Positions 11,203 to 24,415 of a DNA stretch of 64,000 nt are shown here, piece after piece (the first letter of the stretch is position 1; each line of letters opens with the position of its first letter). The position numbers and the translations under genes were made by a program. The notes beneath the pieces were generated by a model, which was not told where the DNA came from, made no database searches, and saw only the letters and a program-made list of their open reading frames with translations. Source of the stretch: Octopus vulgaris (lineage: Eukaryota); contig OX597817.1 of the NCBI GenBank assembly GCA_951406725.2, positions 83,452,001-83,516,000 of the forward strand, in the 5' to 3' direction.

Positions 11203-14200
11203 GCAGGAGGTAGGTAGGTAGATAGATACAGGTACCTGTAAATCTAAAAATGTAACTTCAAAAATACATTATGTATTATATACAAAAATAATGCAATAAT
11301 ATTAGAACAAAGATCAGTTTATTCTTTTTTTTTAAGATCAAAATGGAATTTTGATACAATCTCTAAACTGTTTAATCAAATTCCTTTTGGTTTTCAGCTA
11401 TGAAGAATCGTTCCGCTAAAATTTCCCGAGAGATATTTACACGATTGAAAAAGTGTATACCATCCGATAGATCAATATCACTTCACAAAATTTAGCATAG
11501 AGAAATAAATAATTTACATATAAAGAAAACCAACAGTGGTGACTTAAAGTTTAATAAGTAGTATACTGAGTATTTATGCTGATTTTATCTTAAAATTAAC
11601 GTTTATGCCTCTAAAATATCATACCATCTGATTTAAGCTATTCAGTTTATGGTCTAGAATGCTTCGTTGACAAAAATAGAGCTTGTTTTATTACTCAGCT
11701 CTCATTCCAAGTTTCGTGATTTTAACAGAAGAATAAATCATTTGCTAAAACATATGTAATTAATAAAATAAGTAACCGGGATGACGGGACGGACTAAATG
11801 ACTTCCATTATTTTGTGTGATTCATGTTCAAATGTTTTAGTCATCAATGAATTAGCTATCTATAATATATCAGACCTATTCAATCGATTTTCCTACAAAT
11901 GTTGATCTGTTAACTATGAGCTTAATGAAAAAAAAATCAATACAAACATTAGTAATGTAAGCACCGTAGTAAGGAAAGACATTTTGATTAATTTCATGGC
12001 GTTCTACACTGAGTATGTTAGTGTCCACTTCAGTATTTGTTTTCGTTACGCAGAGAACGTTTCTGTGTGTTTCTCCCGGTAATATTTCTGTATTGCTAGA
12101 TACATAGCAATATAAATGCTATGTATTTGCATTGGTAGATACACCGCAATTTCAATATAAACGATGCACTATAAACTATATGCATATTGTTATATTTTAT
12201 TATTTTTTATTTGATTATTCATTTATTTCTTCGTAAATTCATTGTCGGTTGTTTCGGACTGAGTTTCTTTTCACACAGAATTTATTCATGTTATCACTGA
12301 TTATTCTCTGGTTTTTATCTTTCTCACAAAACTAATTGTAGAGGCAATTCATGGACATTATTGCAATGAATCTAGCAAAAGAGAATTAAAGACAAAAACG
12401 ATTATTCAGTGACATGGAAGCCCTCCTAATAATAATAGCTACAATGTCTAAGTTTCGGTATTCTGCTAGAAAACAGAATAAAAGGCACATCGATTTTCAA
12501 GCAGTGTGTGTATTGAAATTCAATGGAAAAGAGAAAATTGACCCAGCAAATACATCACTATTTTCATCATTTTGTTTAATTGAAAGGCGTTGAGTTGTTA
12601 TCGCGTAGGAATATACGCTTAGCAGTATTTTTTTCAGCTCTTTACATTCTGAGATCAAATCATGCCCAGAAAAACCTTGCCTTTCCTCTTTTCGATAAAA
12701 TAAAGTACAAGTCAAGTACTGAAGTTGATATAATCGACTTACCCCGCTCTTCAACACTGCTATCCTTTTGCCGAAATTTGAAGAAATCATTTTGTTTACA
12801 TTTTTATTTTCCTATTTGGGTTTTGATGTACGTTATCAATCAAATATGTATATTTAAAATAGAATAACTATTTAGGTATCTTTTCTCGTGGAAAATGATG
12901 GCTGCCATTTTTAGATATTACTAATTGTTTCAGTTATAAGACCAGAAATGCTGTGGCGGGTACTTCGGGTAGATTACTTCCTCAATACTTGACTGGTAAT
13001 TTGTATTCAATTATCAATATTTTCTATTGCCAGAAACACCTTTTTAATCAATGCCCCTTAAACGTTTGTCAAATTTAGGAGAGGTTTTTCCGATTTTTAT
13101 TCACTTACAGTTTTATATACAATTTCCAGCGACATATGTGTTAATACATTCCTTGACGATTTCGGTACTCTCAAAATCACTCGTAATTGGCTGTTAATCA
13201 AGCCATTATCAAATAATCAGTAGCAATATTATAAGATATAACTATATTATATATTTCTTAAATATGGTATAAGCATGCATTTTTTAAAGCCATAATGATA
13301 ATGCTATTAACAATAGGTTCAAAACGAATTATGCTCATATTATCGTCCAACGCGATAATAACTCTGACAAGACAATAACTCCTTTACAAGTAGAATTCGT
13401 TCATTTCAAAAGAAAGGTGAAGGGAAAGGAAAACAGATGGCACTGCAAAGGTAAGGGCTGGAAAAGAACTGTCAATTCATTTGAACTGCTCTGTATCTAC
13501 CAGTACAAAATTCTACATATTCATGATATTGATCGTCCTACGTTATTGCGAGAAGAAAGCATTGTATTATTGTCGCTGTCAGTAATGGATTTACAGAGAA
13601 GGACCGCAAACTGCTTGGCTGCTTTGCGATATGGACATTCTCGGGTATTAGTCTATAAACTTAATCGATCTTAGTAACCTTCATTTGACAGATTTTATTA
13701 CATCAAAGAGAGAAACACAAAACTGAAATTGGTATTGCATTACGTTATAGCATTACAGCAAATTTATTGGAAAGTTACGATATTTTACAATTTCTTGCCT
13801 TCTCTGTAGTTAGTGAAAATCTCTGTCATATCATTCATTCTCATTCTGTGACTTCCTCTCTCTCTTTGTAACTGTCACTTTCTTTGACTCTCTCACACTC
13901 GCTCTCTGGTTATTTTCCTTTCTCTTTTATTTAGCATCCATTCATTCACTCCCTTCCTATTCCTCAGTCTCTTCTTATACCTTTCACTAGCTTCAATATA
14001 TTCTATATATCGCTTCTCTCTCTCTCTCTCTTTCTTGTCGTTTGCCCAGCCGTTTTTATTTCACTTCCCTAAACTTATTTTAATATATCTGTTTTTTCTA
14101 CCTTCTCATCGCCCTTCCCCTTCTCTCTCTCTCTCTCTCTCTCTTTACCCTCCACTTCTCTATCTATCAATCTATCTATCCGTGTTCTCTTTCTCTCCCA

Positions 14201-15123
14201 TTTTCTCATTACCGTTCGTTCACTCACTTTCTATTTGCTCAGGTGTTGAAGCTCTCACTTTGTTATACAATAATCATGATTACCCCGTGTCACCAAGGAA
14301 AAAATCAATTATTCGTTAGGATTCTCTCTTGTTCGATAGTAAATTATCTATTCGAACTGATTCTAGTTTAATAACTTGCATTGCTATTACAAATCGTTTC
14401 CCCCCGTTTAGCTTAAGCGAAACTTAGTTTCTGATTAAAAATAAAATATAAATAAAAGGATTCAAGTCTATTGCCACTAAAAGAATTTTCTAGACGTAAA
14501 TATAATTACAAGTACAAAAATAAAATAAAAATATTGTTCTGTATTTCATTAAGAATTTGGAAACCACTGAGGATTCTGCTTCCGTAGAGTAAATCAAAGG
14601 AAGACAGACTGCAATCGTTTTCTGTTGATTCAGCGATACTCATGAGAAGAAGTGATATCAACAGTGTTAGCTAAGGGAAACACACGCCAACTATATTTAG
14701 CTTTATTCCGTACATGGGGAAATTCGAAATATCTGATCGTACATATGCAAAATCAAAGAGAATAGGAAAACAAAATAGCTATAACTAAACTCGTATGACT
14801 ACATGCAGTACTGAACGTGATTTTTAAATAGGAAGTTAAAGATCAATTCTATATACAACTAATACGTCAATCAAGTGTTGAAAACATACAAACATATATC
14901 CGTATACAAGCATTCAGAGATTGAATTGATTATACATACGCCGATTTAACTGACTTTCAGAATATTGCTGTGTATAACACACACACACATGTACGCACTC
15001 ACGCACGCACGCACGTATACACACACACATATTTCTATAGAGTGAGCGATATAGATAGACTGATATATTCATACACAAATGTAGAATTATATTCACACAT
15101 ATATATATTATATATAAACCTAA

Positions 15124-15155
<32 letters not shown>

Positions 15156-15319
15156 GTAAACATACACACACGTGCATTTTTAAATATATACACGTACACA
15201 TACATACATATACACATGCATGTATATATTTTTATATATACACAAATATATGTACGTATACATGTATTCCCACATATATATATATACATATATGTGTGTG
15301 TGTGTGTATATTCACTATT

Positions 15320-15577
15320 ATCACGTGACCGACCAGGGTATCAGATGTGCTATACATCGCTGGTTACAATCCACTTCGCATTGCTTTAGCGTTCAAATGA
15401 CGCCACTCCGCTGGTGAGAGAAAGTTGCAGCGAAAGAGTACAGCAGGGATCGCTGGATCCTAGTGGTGCCTTAGGTGTTTTCGCTCAATAAACACTCACA
15501 ACGACCGGTCTGGGAATGGAAACTGCGATCCTACGACCGCGAGTCCGCTGCCCTAACCACTGGGCCATTGCAGCTCC

Positions 15578-15578
<1 letters not shown>
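15320..15578 (-). mobile_element. tRNA-derived SINE (family C, AATGGCCCAGTGGTTAGGGCAGCGGACT head)
   Basis: tRNA-like head on - strand. Related pieces at 4420-4545, 25290-25530, 43845-44160, 52523-52863. Confidence 0.8.
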
Positions 15579-15611
<33 letters not shown>

Positions 15612-15816
15612 CTGTGTATAACACACACACACATATACGCACGCACGCACGCACACACGTATACACACACACATATTTCTATAGAGTGAGCGAAAGAGGG
15701 ACAACAATATAGATAGACGGATATATTCATACACAAATATAAATTAATTAATCTTATGTATTGGCTTATGTTTTTCATTGTATGATTTGCCTAATAGTGG
15801 TTTTATCTCTAATTTA

Positions 15817-15854
<38 letters not shown>

Positions 15855-15856
<2 letters not shown>

Positions 15857-16402
15857 AGAAATACTAAATTTCTAAATCTCTCGTAGAGACATGTACGGTG
15901 GTGGGGCGATAGCATGGTTGTATACTTACTGTCAATCTAAAATGAACGTGATAGTAGGGGGGGTACACCCCCGCTGTTTAGCCCTAGGAAACATCGATAG
16001 AATGGTTGTATACTGTCAATCTAACATGAACGTGACAGTAGGGGGGAGGGTACATGTCTCTATGAGAGATTTAGAAATTTGGTATTTCTGATTTTGATAA
16101 TCAGTGAATAAACTTCACTGAAGTTAGATATATATACATTACGAGTCGAGGCAGATATCAACAGCTGACCGGCGTCTGCTAGTCTAGACCGACGAAGGAC
16201 AATGATCCTGAAACACGCGTGTCTCTAGATGCAGCCCTGGCGGCTGGGGGTATTTGTCTCCCCTTCGTAAATGTATATAAGGACACAGGAAAAATGTGTC
16301 AAAGTCATCAGGAGATGTCGATGCTTCCTAGGGCTAAACAGTGGGGGTGTACCCCGCCTACTGTCACGTTCATGTTAGATTGACAGTATACAACCATTCT
16401 AT
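15855..16402 (+). mobile_element. Retrozyme-like HHR unit (16050-16402) with 5' inverted and duplicated segments, in (TA)n
   Basis: Segment X 15855-15896 is inverted at 16050-16091. Segment Y occurs at 15909-15997, 15997-16053 and inverted at 16318-16402. HHR at 16183-16229. Same family at 44375-44580. Confidence 0.75.
16183..16229 (+). ncRNA. Type-I hammerhead ribozyme, U4C core variant (CCGACGA)
   Basis: TCTAGA-CCGACGA-AGGA caatga TCCT-GAAA-CACGCGT-GTC-TCTAGA. 6-bp stem I, 4-bp stem II, palindromic stem III ACACGCGTGT, GUC site at 16221-23. Confidence 0.85.
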
Positions 16403-17665
16403 ATATATACGCATTTACATCTAAACTCACACATATATGTGTATATACATGTATGCATAAATGTATATATGCATGTATGTATATACGTATACACACATAC
16501 ACACACATGTATATATGTACATGCACAACATATGACTTTCGCAGTAAGAAATTATTACTTACTTCAATTTTCACATAGGCTCAACAGACTTATGCTCTCA
16601 GAAAAGAGTAAATATAGCTGCTGAAGAACATTTCACCCCATTCCTTTTGGACAGGGATATAACATTTTTGAAAAGCAGCATTTAATAATTAAATTCTAAT
16701 AGCGTAGTGGCAGTTGCACATAGGTGAGGATCGATGAGTTATTTTCCTGACAGGAGGACAAATCTGGATAGAGTTGAAGTGCATGCAACTAAATTGCTGG
16801 TAGAGGCTAGAAAGTTATGTTTAAAGAGAGGGGGATGTACATATGGAAGGAGAAGAAAAGACAATGTTAGAAGGATAGGCAGGGAAAGGGAGGTGACAAG
16901 TAAAGGAGAAGTTTAGAGAAAATTGGAAAAAGAACGAAATGAAAAGAAAGATGAGGTTAAGAGAGAAACGTATTAAGGAATAAAGGAATGGAGGAGTGTA
17001 TGGAGTGCTGACAACGAGAATCCGTGGAGATAAGAATAAAGTTGTGTATTGACACTTTTGTGGCAGTTGAGACCAGTGTTTGAGAATCTACTTTAGCTCA
17101 TATGAACAAAATGTAAAAGTCCTCAATCTAACATTTAGGTATTCCTTCGACGTGAAAAATCTATTAAGTATCTGTCTCTTCTTTAAACACAATCCGTTTC
17201 CACTGCAATTATTGGAGTAAATGTTGTATTTCACTAAAAACCTCCAACTGATGTCTTCGTATCAGTTACAATATGTGGTTGACCAGCGTAGTGATGTATG
17301 GAGTTGTATATTTCCTGAATGGTGCAGTGTGGTTGTATAGGATTTGCTCGAAGGAGTTTCCTGTCAGTCCCAATATAGATTTTTGTCAGATGCAATAGCA
17401 ATAGCCTCTGATGATTTGTGGCTCAACAAGAAATATGTGTATATATAGGCATCATTTGTATGCGTATATATATAAATGTTATAATTTCTAAATCTCTCTA
17501 AAGGAGAGATACCGGAGCATTGCTGAGTATTATTATTTATTGCAAAACTAACATGGCAGTCCATAGAAATAGGATGAATGCTGCTGATGATTAGCTCGGA
17601 CAGACGCACACTCCTAAATACATTTCATTACATTATAAACGTACATTAATATTAATAAAATTAAA

Positions 17666-18064
17666 TCTCTCTATATATATATATAAAGCTGAAATTGTTT
17701 GTGTATGGCAGGTTTGGTAGCCTTCAACTAACACTATCTCTTCCGAGACCCTGCGGCGCAAGTTGATCGAAATTAAGAGTATGATAGAAGAAGGCTTGCT
17801 CTTCCTTCCGTAGAAAAAAACTTCAAATCGGACCATGTTAACACCAGAAATTATTTACATCAAAAAGGTGCTTTTTTTTTCTATGAAAATCCCTGTTTTT
17901 TACGATGTTTTGACTGCTGAGTCGCCATTTTTCGGTGTATTTCAACCAGGAAAATGTTCACTTAATGAGAATAACAAGCTACATAATGCAAACTTTTTAC
18001 TTTTCAAAAATTCCAATTCTAAAGGGTTGAAACAAACCCGAGCAACGCCGGGCGATACTGCTAG
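17666..18064 (+). mobile_element. Non-autonomous Helitron
   Basis: Starts 5'-TC after A17665. Subterminal GC hairpin CCCGagcaacgcCGGG, then CTAG(18061-64) followed by T (A|T insertion, no TSD). Confidence 0.8.
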
Positions 18065-19325
18065 TTTATTATAAAAGTAACCTAAAGAGTCTTTCTAATT
18101 TAGACATTAAAAATCATATACAATTATGTGGTGTTAATTTATTAATGGAGGAAAATATAGATGAACCAACAAGAAAGATAAACGTTGGGATAATATAGAA
18201 AATATATTTATTAGTAAACTTTATTACCACTTAAAAGCGGATGTTGTGTTAGAACACAGAATACAGCTATAGTTACCATGAGAGAACCTCTCGCACGGTG
18301 TTTTGGTTCCTGTAAACACTCTTGTTTACATTACTAGCGGGAGATAACGTATCGTCATTGCCAACAACGGGACTACCAGTTACGTGATTTCGGCTTTCCT
18401 TGGTTTTGTTAATGGTTGACGACCGACTGGTACACAGAGCAGCAATATCTCAGCTAGTGATATACATCGAGTCACAGCGCCTAACCAGGCACTGATGGAA
18501 AGAATAGCCAGTAGGCTTACTAAAAAGTAATTAGTGGCGACAGAAGCAGTATTAATACCAAAACGTAATATTGATCCCCACTTAGAAGTGCATTCTGTCT
18601 TAGAACAGAAATACTGTGATCGTGTGCCATGAGAGAATCTTTCGTATTGTCTTTTGGTGCATACAAGCATTCTTGTTTACATCACGAGCGGGAGATAAAT
18701 TGCCGTCAATCTCGAAACCGAGACTACGAGATCATGTGATTTAATAATTATATTTATTAGTAATTAAATGTATTCTTAATTTGATGAAAATTAGGAAACA
18801 AGAAAAGAACATAACAAGCAAAAAACATAAAAGAAAATCGAATATAAATACTGTTTGATAGAGATTATTAAAGTATATTGTGGAAAAGATTGAATAGTCT
18901 ATCTGATAATCCTTCACTGTTTTTAGCTATAAATTTCACTTCTAGCTATTAGTAACCACAACTCTTACAAAACAAGAGAGTGGGAGTGCGTGACGTTAAC
19001 AGAATATCATTAACTATATTTCAGTAAATGAACTAACGAGGGCTAGGCAAGGGGTCTACTTAGTTGATGATCGACCTACTAGATTTAGCAGCCAAATCTC
19101 TCTCACGTCACGTTCTTTAGACATCTCCTAACTGGGCTAAGATGATTTTTCGTTGGTACTCATCCACGAGTGGATAGCAGGGTCCTTCAAATAACAGTGC
19201 CACATATTTCATTTGTTTGTGTGTGTGTGTGTGTGCGTGTGTGTGTGTACATGTGCGTGTGCGCGTGTGTAGGTATGTATATATATATATACATGCATAT
19301 ATACATATCGATAGAAAGGTCGATG

Positions 19326-19373
<48 letters not shown>

Positions 19374-20286
19374 ATATATGTATGTATGTATGTATGCATG
19401 TATGTATGTATGTATGTATGTATGTATATATACGCAGACACAGACAGGCGCGTGTGTGTTTGTATGTGTGTGTTTGTTTTCAGAATCTGCGGTGAATATT
19501 CTCACGTTTATTGTAGTCAGCAAATGAATTTGCAATGAAACATAAATGTGTAACCATATGATGCTATTAACAATCCTGAGCTTGATTAAAATATATACAC
19601 GACGCCACACAGCAGATATCAAACGCAATCTGTTTGTTCTGGTGATGGCATTATGTACTTTTATATTAACTTGAGTGCTTGGTTTTGTATGGTAATCCAA
19701 TGGTATCAATTGTAATCTCGGTGTGATTTTTAAATAAATTAATTGAGTAATCACTTTAACACTCTATTTGATGCTCTAGACAATTTTGCGTCGAATTCCA
19801 AATTAAAATTATTGGATTCCCAACGCTGTAATGAATTAACAGGCAATGTTTGCTAAACTAATGGTGAACAGAGATTCATCAAACGACATTTCAAAACAAG
19901 ACAACTATGTCAATAATACTTTCTAACCGGATATATAACTAAAACAGACGACCATTTATTTCTAATCCTTTTTCTGTTCTATGTAGGTGACAGTATTAAT
20001 TTCTTCTTTATGGTGGTGGATTGACGGAATCAGTTAGATTTTGGACAAAATGCCTTGCAGTATTCAGTTGTCTCTGTTCATCCTGAATTCAAATCCTGGC
20101 AATGTCGACTGTTTTTCACCCTTCAGTGATCTAGAAAACAAAATACCAGCCAAGTATAGTAGTCGATTTAATCGACTATACCTTCCTTCAAAATTATTAC
20201 AAGTACATATTATTCCGTTGGCTGAAGATCGCCCAGTTAGAGAAACAGTAAAATATCTGGGTAGATTCCTTGTAGTATTATTTACT

Positions 20287-20622
20287 TCTATCTATCTATC
20301 CGCTCAGTCGAAGTCGACTCTCGGTTGCTCGTTGGATCAGTGTCCTTCAGTCAGTTCTATCCTGGACTACTTCTTTCAGATTGGCTATGTCCATTCCAGT
20401 ATCCCTCTTGATGGTATCAAGCCAGCGGGTTCTTGGTCGGCCTCATCCTCTCTTGCCACTGACCATTCCGAGCATGATGTCCTTCTCCAGGGATTTTCTC
20501 CGCATAACATGACCGAAATATGCCAATCTATGCTTGGTGATCCTAGCTTCTAGCGACATTTTCGACCTGATCTGCTTAAGAACTTCTCCATTGATGAGCC
20601 TCGCTGTCCATGGAATCCGTAA
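20287..20622 (-). pseudogene. RTE (BovB-like) LINE 3' fragment
   Basis: Manual translation LRIPWTARLINGEVLKQIRSKMSLEARITKHRLAYFGHVMRRKSLEKDIMLGMVSGKRG*GRPRTRWLDTIKRDTG...VQDRTD*RTLI; short (GATA) tail. Confidence 0.9.
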
Positions 20623-21265
20623 TTATTTACTTACATAGCGGTATTTTCATGGTGGTATTTACTTAAATTCTGGATTAAAACATATATACACTCGATTTTC
20701 ATACAGGAATCAAATTATTTGACTTTGCCTATTAGGTCAATTCATTCAGCATTGTCTTGTGGGAGTTAAGTCCGTTGACTTTCCCCCCTTAGGTTAGCTC
20801 GCTCAATTTTCAAATCACTCGGCTTTACCCATTGCAGTTAAATCAGTAAGCTTTTTCCGAAGAAGTCAAATTGGTTGACTTTGGTCACCAAGGACAACTC
20901 AGTAAAATTTGTCTCTAATAAGATTATTTCAGTCGAACATGTCCCTCTCCTGTAAATTTGTTGCCGTTTAAAAGTTATACATGAATATAGTTTTCTCTAA
21001 CTCAGACGATGTGAATTACTTTAATACTACTTTTCATTCAAATTAATACAATTTAATTCTTATGAACGTTTACTTTTAGAATTCTCCTTTTCTATACTTT
21101 TGCTGTTCCATTCCTAATTTGACATCTTGTCATCACTTCCTTCATCTGCCTCAGATAAACTTTCGTATATGATGTTTTCTTTACAATTTTCCTGACTTAT
21201 CTCACTGTCCCCACTATCATCTCTCCCACTCTATCCCCTCTCTTCCACTCTCTCTTACCCTCTCC

Positions 21266-21307
<42 letters not shown>

Positions 21308-22325
21308 TTGTTTACCAATGAATTTATTCTGTCCAATATGGTTTTCATTACCAACATGTCTTCAAAGAAAGATACCTAAAAGTCAAAATGCTATATATAC
21401 AGGTTAGGAACATCCACTCGGTGTCACGAGAAACCAGAGCACTGGTGAGGACCAGATCAATGGTGAGGAACATCGAAATTTCGGTTTTTGCTAAAACGGA
21501 AATAGCATAGGGGATAGGGAGTAACGTCACACCGAGGTTAGCATCTACTCTTCATGAATTTGTTTCGTCCACGTAGCACTGCCGAAACTGTTGTCAAGGA
21601 ATTGTACCATTAATTCTTGCGAAACTTATACAATGTTCTAGCAGTACACCATTATATATAATTTAACTTTCCATATTCAACATATTATATACTTACGTTT
21701 ATAATCTAAATAACAAATATTCATCTTCATATTAAATTTATTTTACTGAGGATGAAGAATTATACGGTATGAAGGACCGAGATATCGTGATCCAGCATTA
21801 GTAATCCATTATAGCTGTGCACTATAAGGAATTATTAACTTTTCTAGTGGGATCAAAACAGTAAGCTAAACACACCAGATTCAAGTCAGTTAACTCTGAT
21901 TTCTGATTCTTATAAGTCTATATATGTAACAGAACAGATCTTTCGTAGAGACGGGATTCGTGACAACTTTTCAGCTATTTGTATTCATCGACCCTGAGTA
22001 CTGCAGATGTGGCATCGTGATAGACCAACCACTGATGCACATCGCCGCGTTACGGCTTCCTTGTGTTCTGGGATTTGGTGCTGACAGAAATTGTATAGGA
22101 TGACTTTTAATTTCGCTCTTACATAAAATCTTATTTGCGTAGTTTTAAATTGTTAATTTAGAACTACGTTCTTCTTAGATCAATGGCCACTTGCGTTTAC
22201 TTAAAACCAAAGTATGCAGTTGACGATTTCAAAAACTATCATAACGTTACACACGGACATGCACACGCATCCACACACTCACACATACATACATATATAT
22301 ATATACAAAATGAACATAATATGGG

Positions 22326-22369
<44 letters not shown>

Positions 22370-23109
22370 TATATATATATAAAACATTATACGAATGTGT
22401 GCGTAGGTATGCGTGTGTGTGTGTCTGTGTGTGTGTATGTGTATGTTTCTATCATCAACACCAACACAGCTTCCAAGAACAGCAGTAATATATATTATGC
22501 AGTAGATAAGCAAATCCATTTCAAATAGAAACGTATAATGTGGTATCTTAAAGTATTTTAAAAATTGAATAGAATGTCTTTGATCTTACGTGATGAGGAT
22601 AAATTTCAGACTGAACAGCTACAATAATACAATTAGTAAGAACAATATGATCATACACCACCAACAATACTTTCCCACCGTTACAAATATCTAAACAAAT
22701 GCAACTCACATCATCACCACTATCAACCCACCAGCTTCTGTATCCAACTGGCTACAACAGATATCAACATGTACGCCAACACATGTGTCTACATGAATGT
22801 GTGCGTCTGTGGGTGCATTTATGTCATAAGTTAGAAGTGCAAGGGGCTAATTGCGTACAAGTCTGGTGACTCTTCAGCTAACTGCAATCATATAGTACTT
22901 TTTCTTCCCCAGTACTTCACCTTTTCATCTCACTTTCATTATTACATCCATTGGAATAAGATAATTTTGTTCTCACTGAGCTAATATTTCCTAAGCCAAT
23001 TATTTGTACTACGTATTTGTTATGGACAATTAATCGCTGCTGCTGTTGAATTTGCCTTCTGTTCAAGATGTCTGGAGAGAAACTTTCAAGTAGACTTGAA
23101 GGCAGTAGT

Positions 23110-24415
23110 ATGAAAAGGAACTATAAACTGATTACATTTGATACTGAACTCGAAGTTTTAAAAATACTATTTTTGGAAGTGAAATTAATTTCGCCAAATC
23201 ATTAAATCTTGCAACGTCAACAGTGGTAACAATACATGACCACAGAAAGAAGAGCTCAAGACTGTTCAGACATTATTTTTCCATATATCTAATGTAATGC
23301 TACAAATGGAATGCCTTTGAGGATCAGAAATGATGTAATGTGCCGATAAATACGACTGTAATTTACAAAAAAAAAAAACAACCAAAAGTTTATCACAATT
23401 TGCCGAAAATAGAAAATGAAATTTGACTGAAAAATCATTTTTGGCTAGTAAAGGCCGGTTTGAAAGGTATATTGTACGAGAATGATTTTCAAACAGCTTC
23501 TGAAAGCAAATGAAGAGATAATAAACCTACAGTTTGAGATTTCTGGAAGAAATTCAACAAAATGGATGCTGCGGATAATATAGCTGACTCATAAGATGAA
23601 GTGAAACATTCAGCTTTAAATAGTGCTTGGAAAACTTTATGACCAGACATTATCCGTAATATTACAAGTTTTTCTAAAGTAGAAACTTACAGGATGTAAG
23701 ATTTGAAGAAGATGTGATGGCTGTGCTAGTATTGCAGAGAGTAAGTTTATCTAACGAGGAGCTGATACTATTAGAAAAAGAACAAACTGAGAATACAAAT
23801 GAGGTAACAGAAGTTCCACCTATAAAACGTAAATTGACAACAAAAATGGTTGCTAATGGGTTGGTACCTATAGAGGAAAGTCCGCTGGTTTTTGCTGATA
23901 ATCGTGAACGTAACATAAAAATTACAAGAGAAGTTTGCAATAAGCTCAATTCTGATATTGAACTGTACAAAAAGATGATGCGTCATAAACAACAACTTTG
24001 GATGGGTTATTCACCTCTCAAGCTAATATTGGTGATGATGAACTGTATGATAGTAAATATTGCCCCTCATCCTCCTAGCAATGCTCATTCCACTATCAGC
24101 CCTGACACAGCAGTCGATATCTTTTGTGTTAAGAACATACGCTTATGATATTACGATTCTTATTAATTCCCTAACTTATTCCTCTTGAAATGTTTTTCTG
24201 TTTCTATGTATCCATATAGTACCGTGTATGTTTAGAAATAGTTATTTTCATGTATAAGGTGATAGCGACACTTGTTCTCTTTTGTTTATTAGTTCTTATT
24301 TCTCTTTCGAAAATGTCCGAAAATCACTAGGCAAGTTGATTTCGCATTACAGAGTTTCACGTTCTGGCCAGGTTTTCAGGAACGCATCACTTACGTAAAG
24401 TGGGGAATTACTGTA
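23110..24415 (+). mobile_element. Decayed pogo/Tigger (CENP-B-like) DNA transposon
   Basis: Fragments KSLNLATSTVVTI (HTH), FLASKGRFER (cf. F.AS.GWF), DFWKKFNKMDAADNIADS*DEVKHSALNSAWKTL*P. 3' TIR-like end ...tacgtaaagtggggaattaCTG|TA at 24413-15. 5' TIR not identified. Confidence 0.75.

Noticed and set aside
20221-20255. CTGAAGA...GAAACAGTA
   Set aside because: Only a 2-bp stem II and no stem I; likely chance.
21940-22100. GC-richer patch as a host exon
   Set aside because: No recognisable peptide and no convincing splice pair; small exons cannot be excluded without RNA data.
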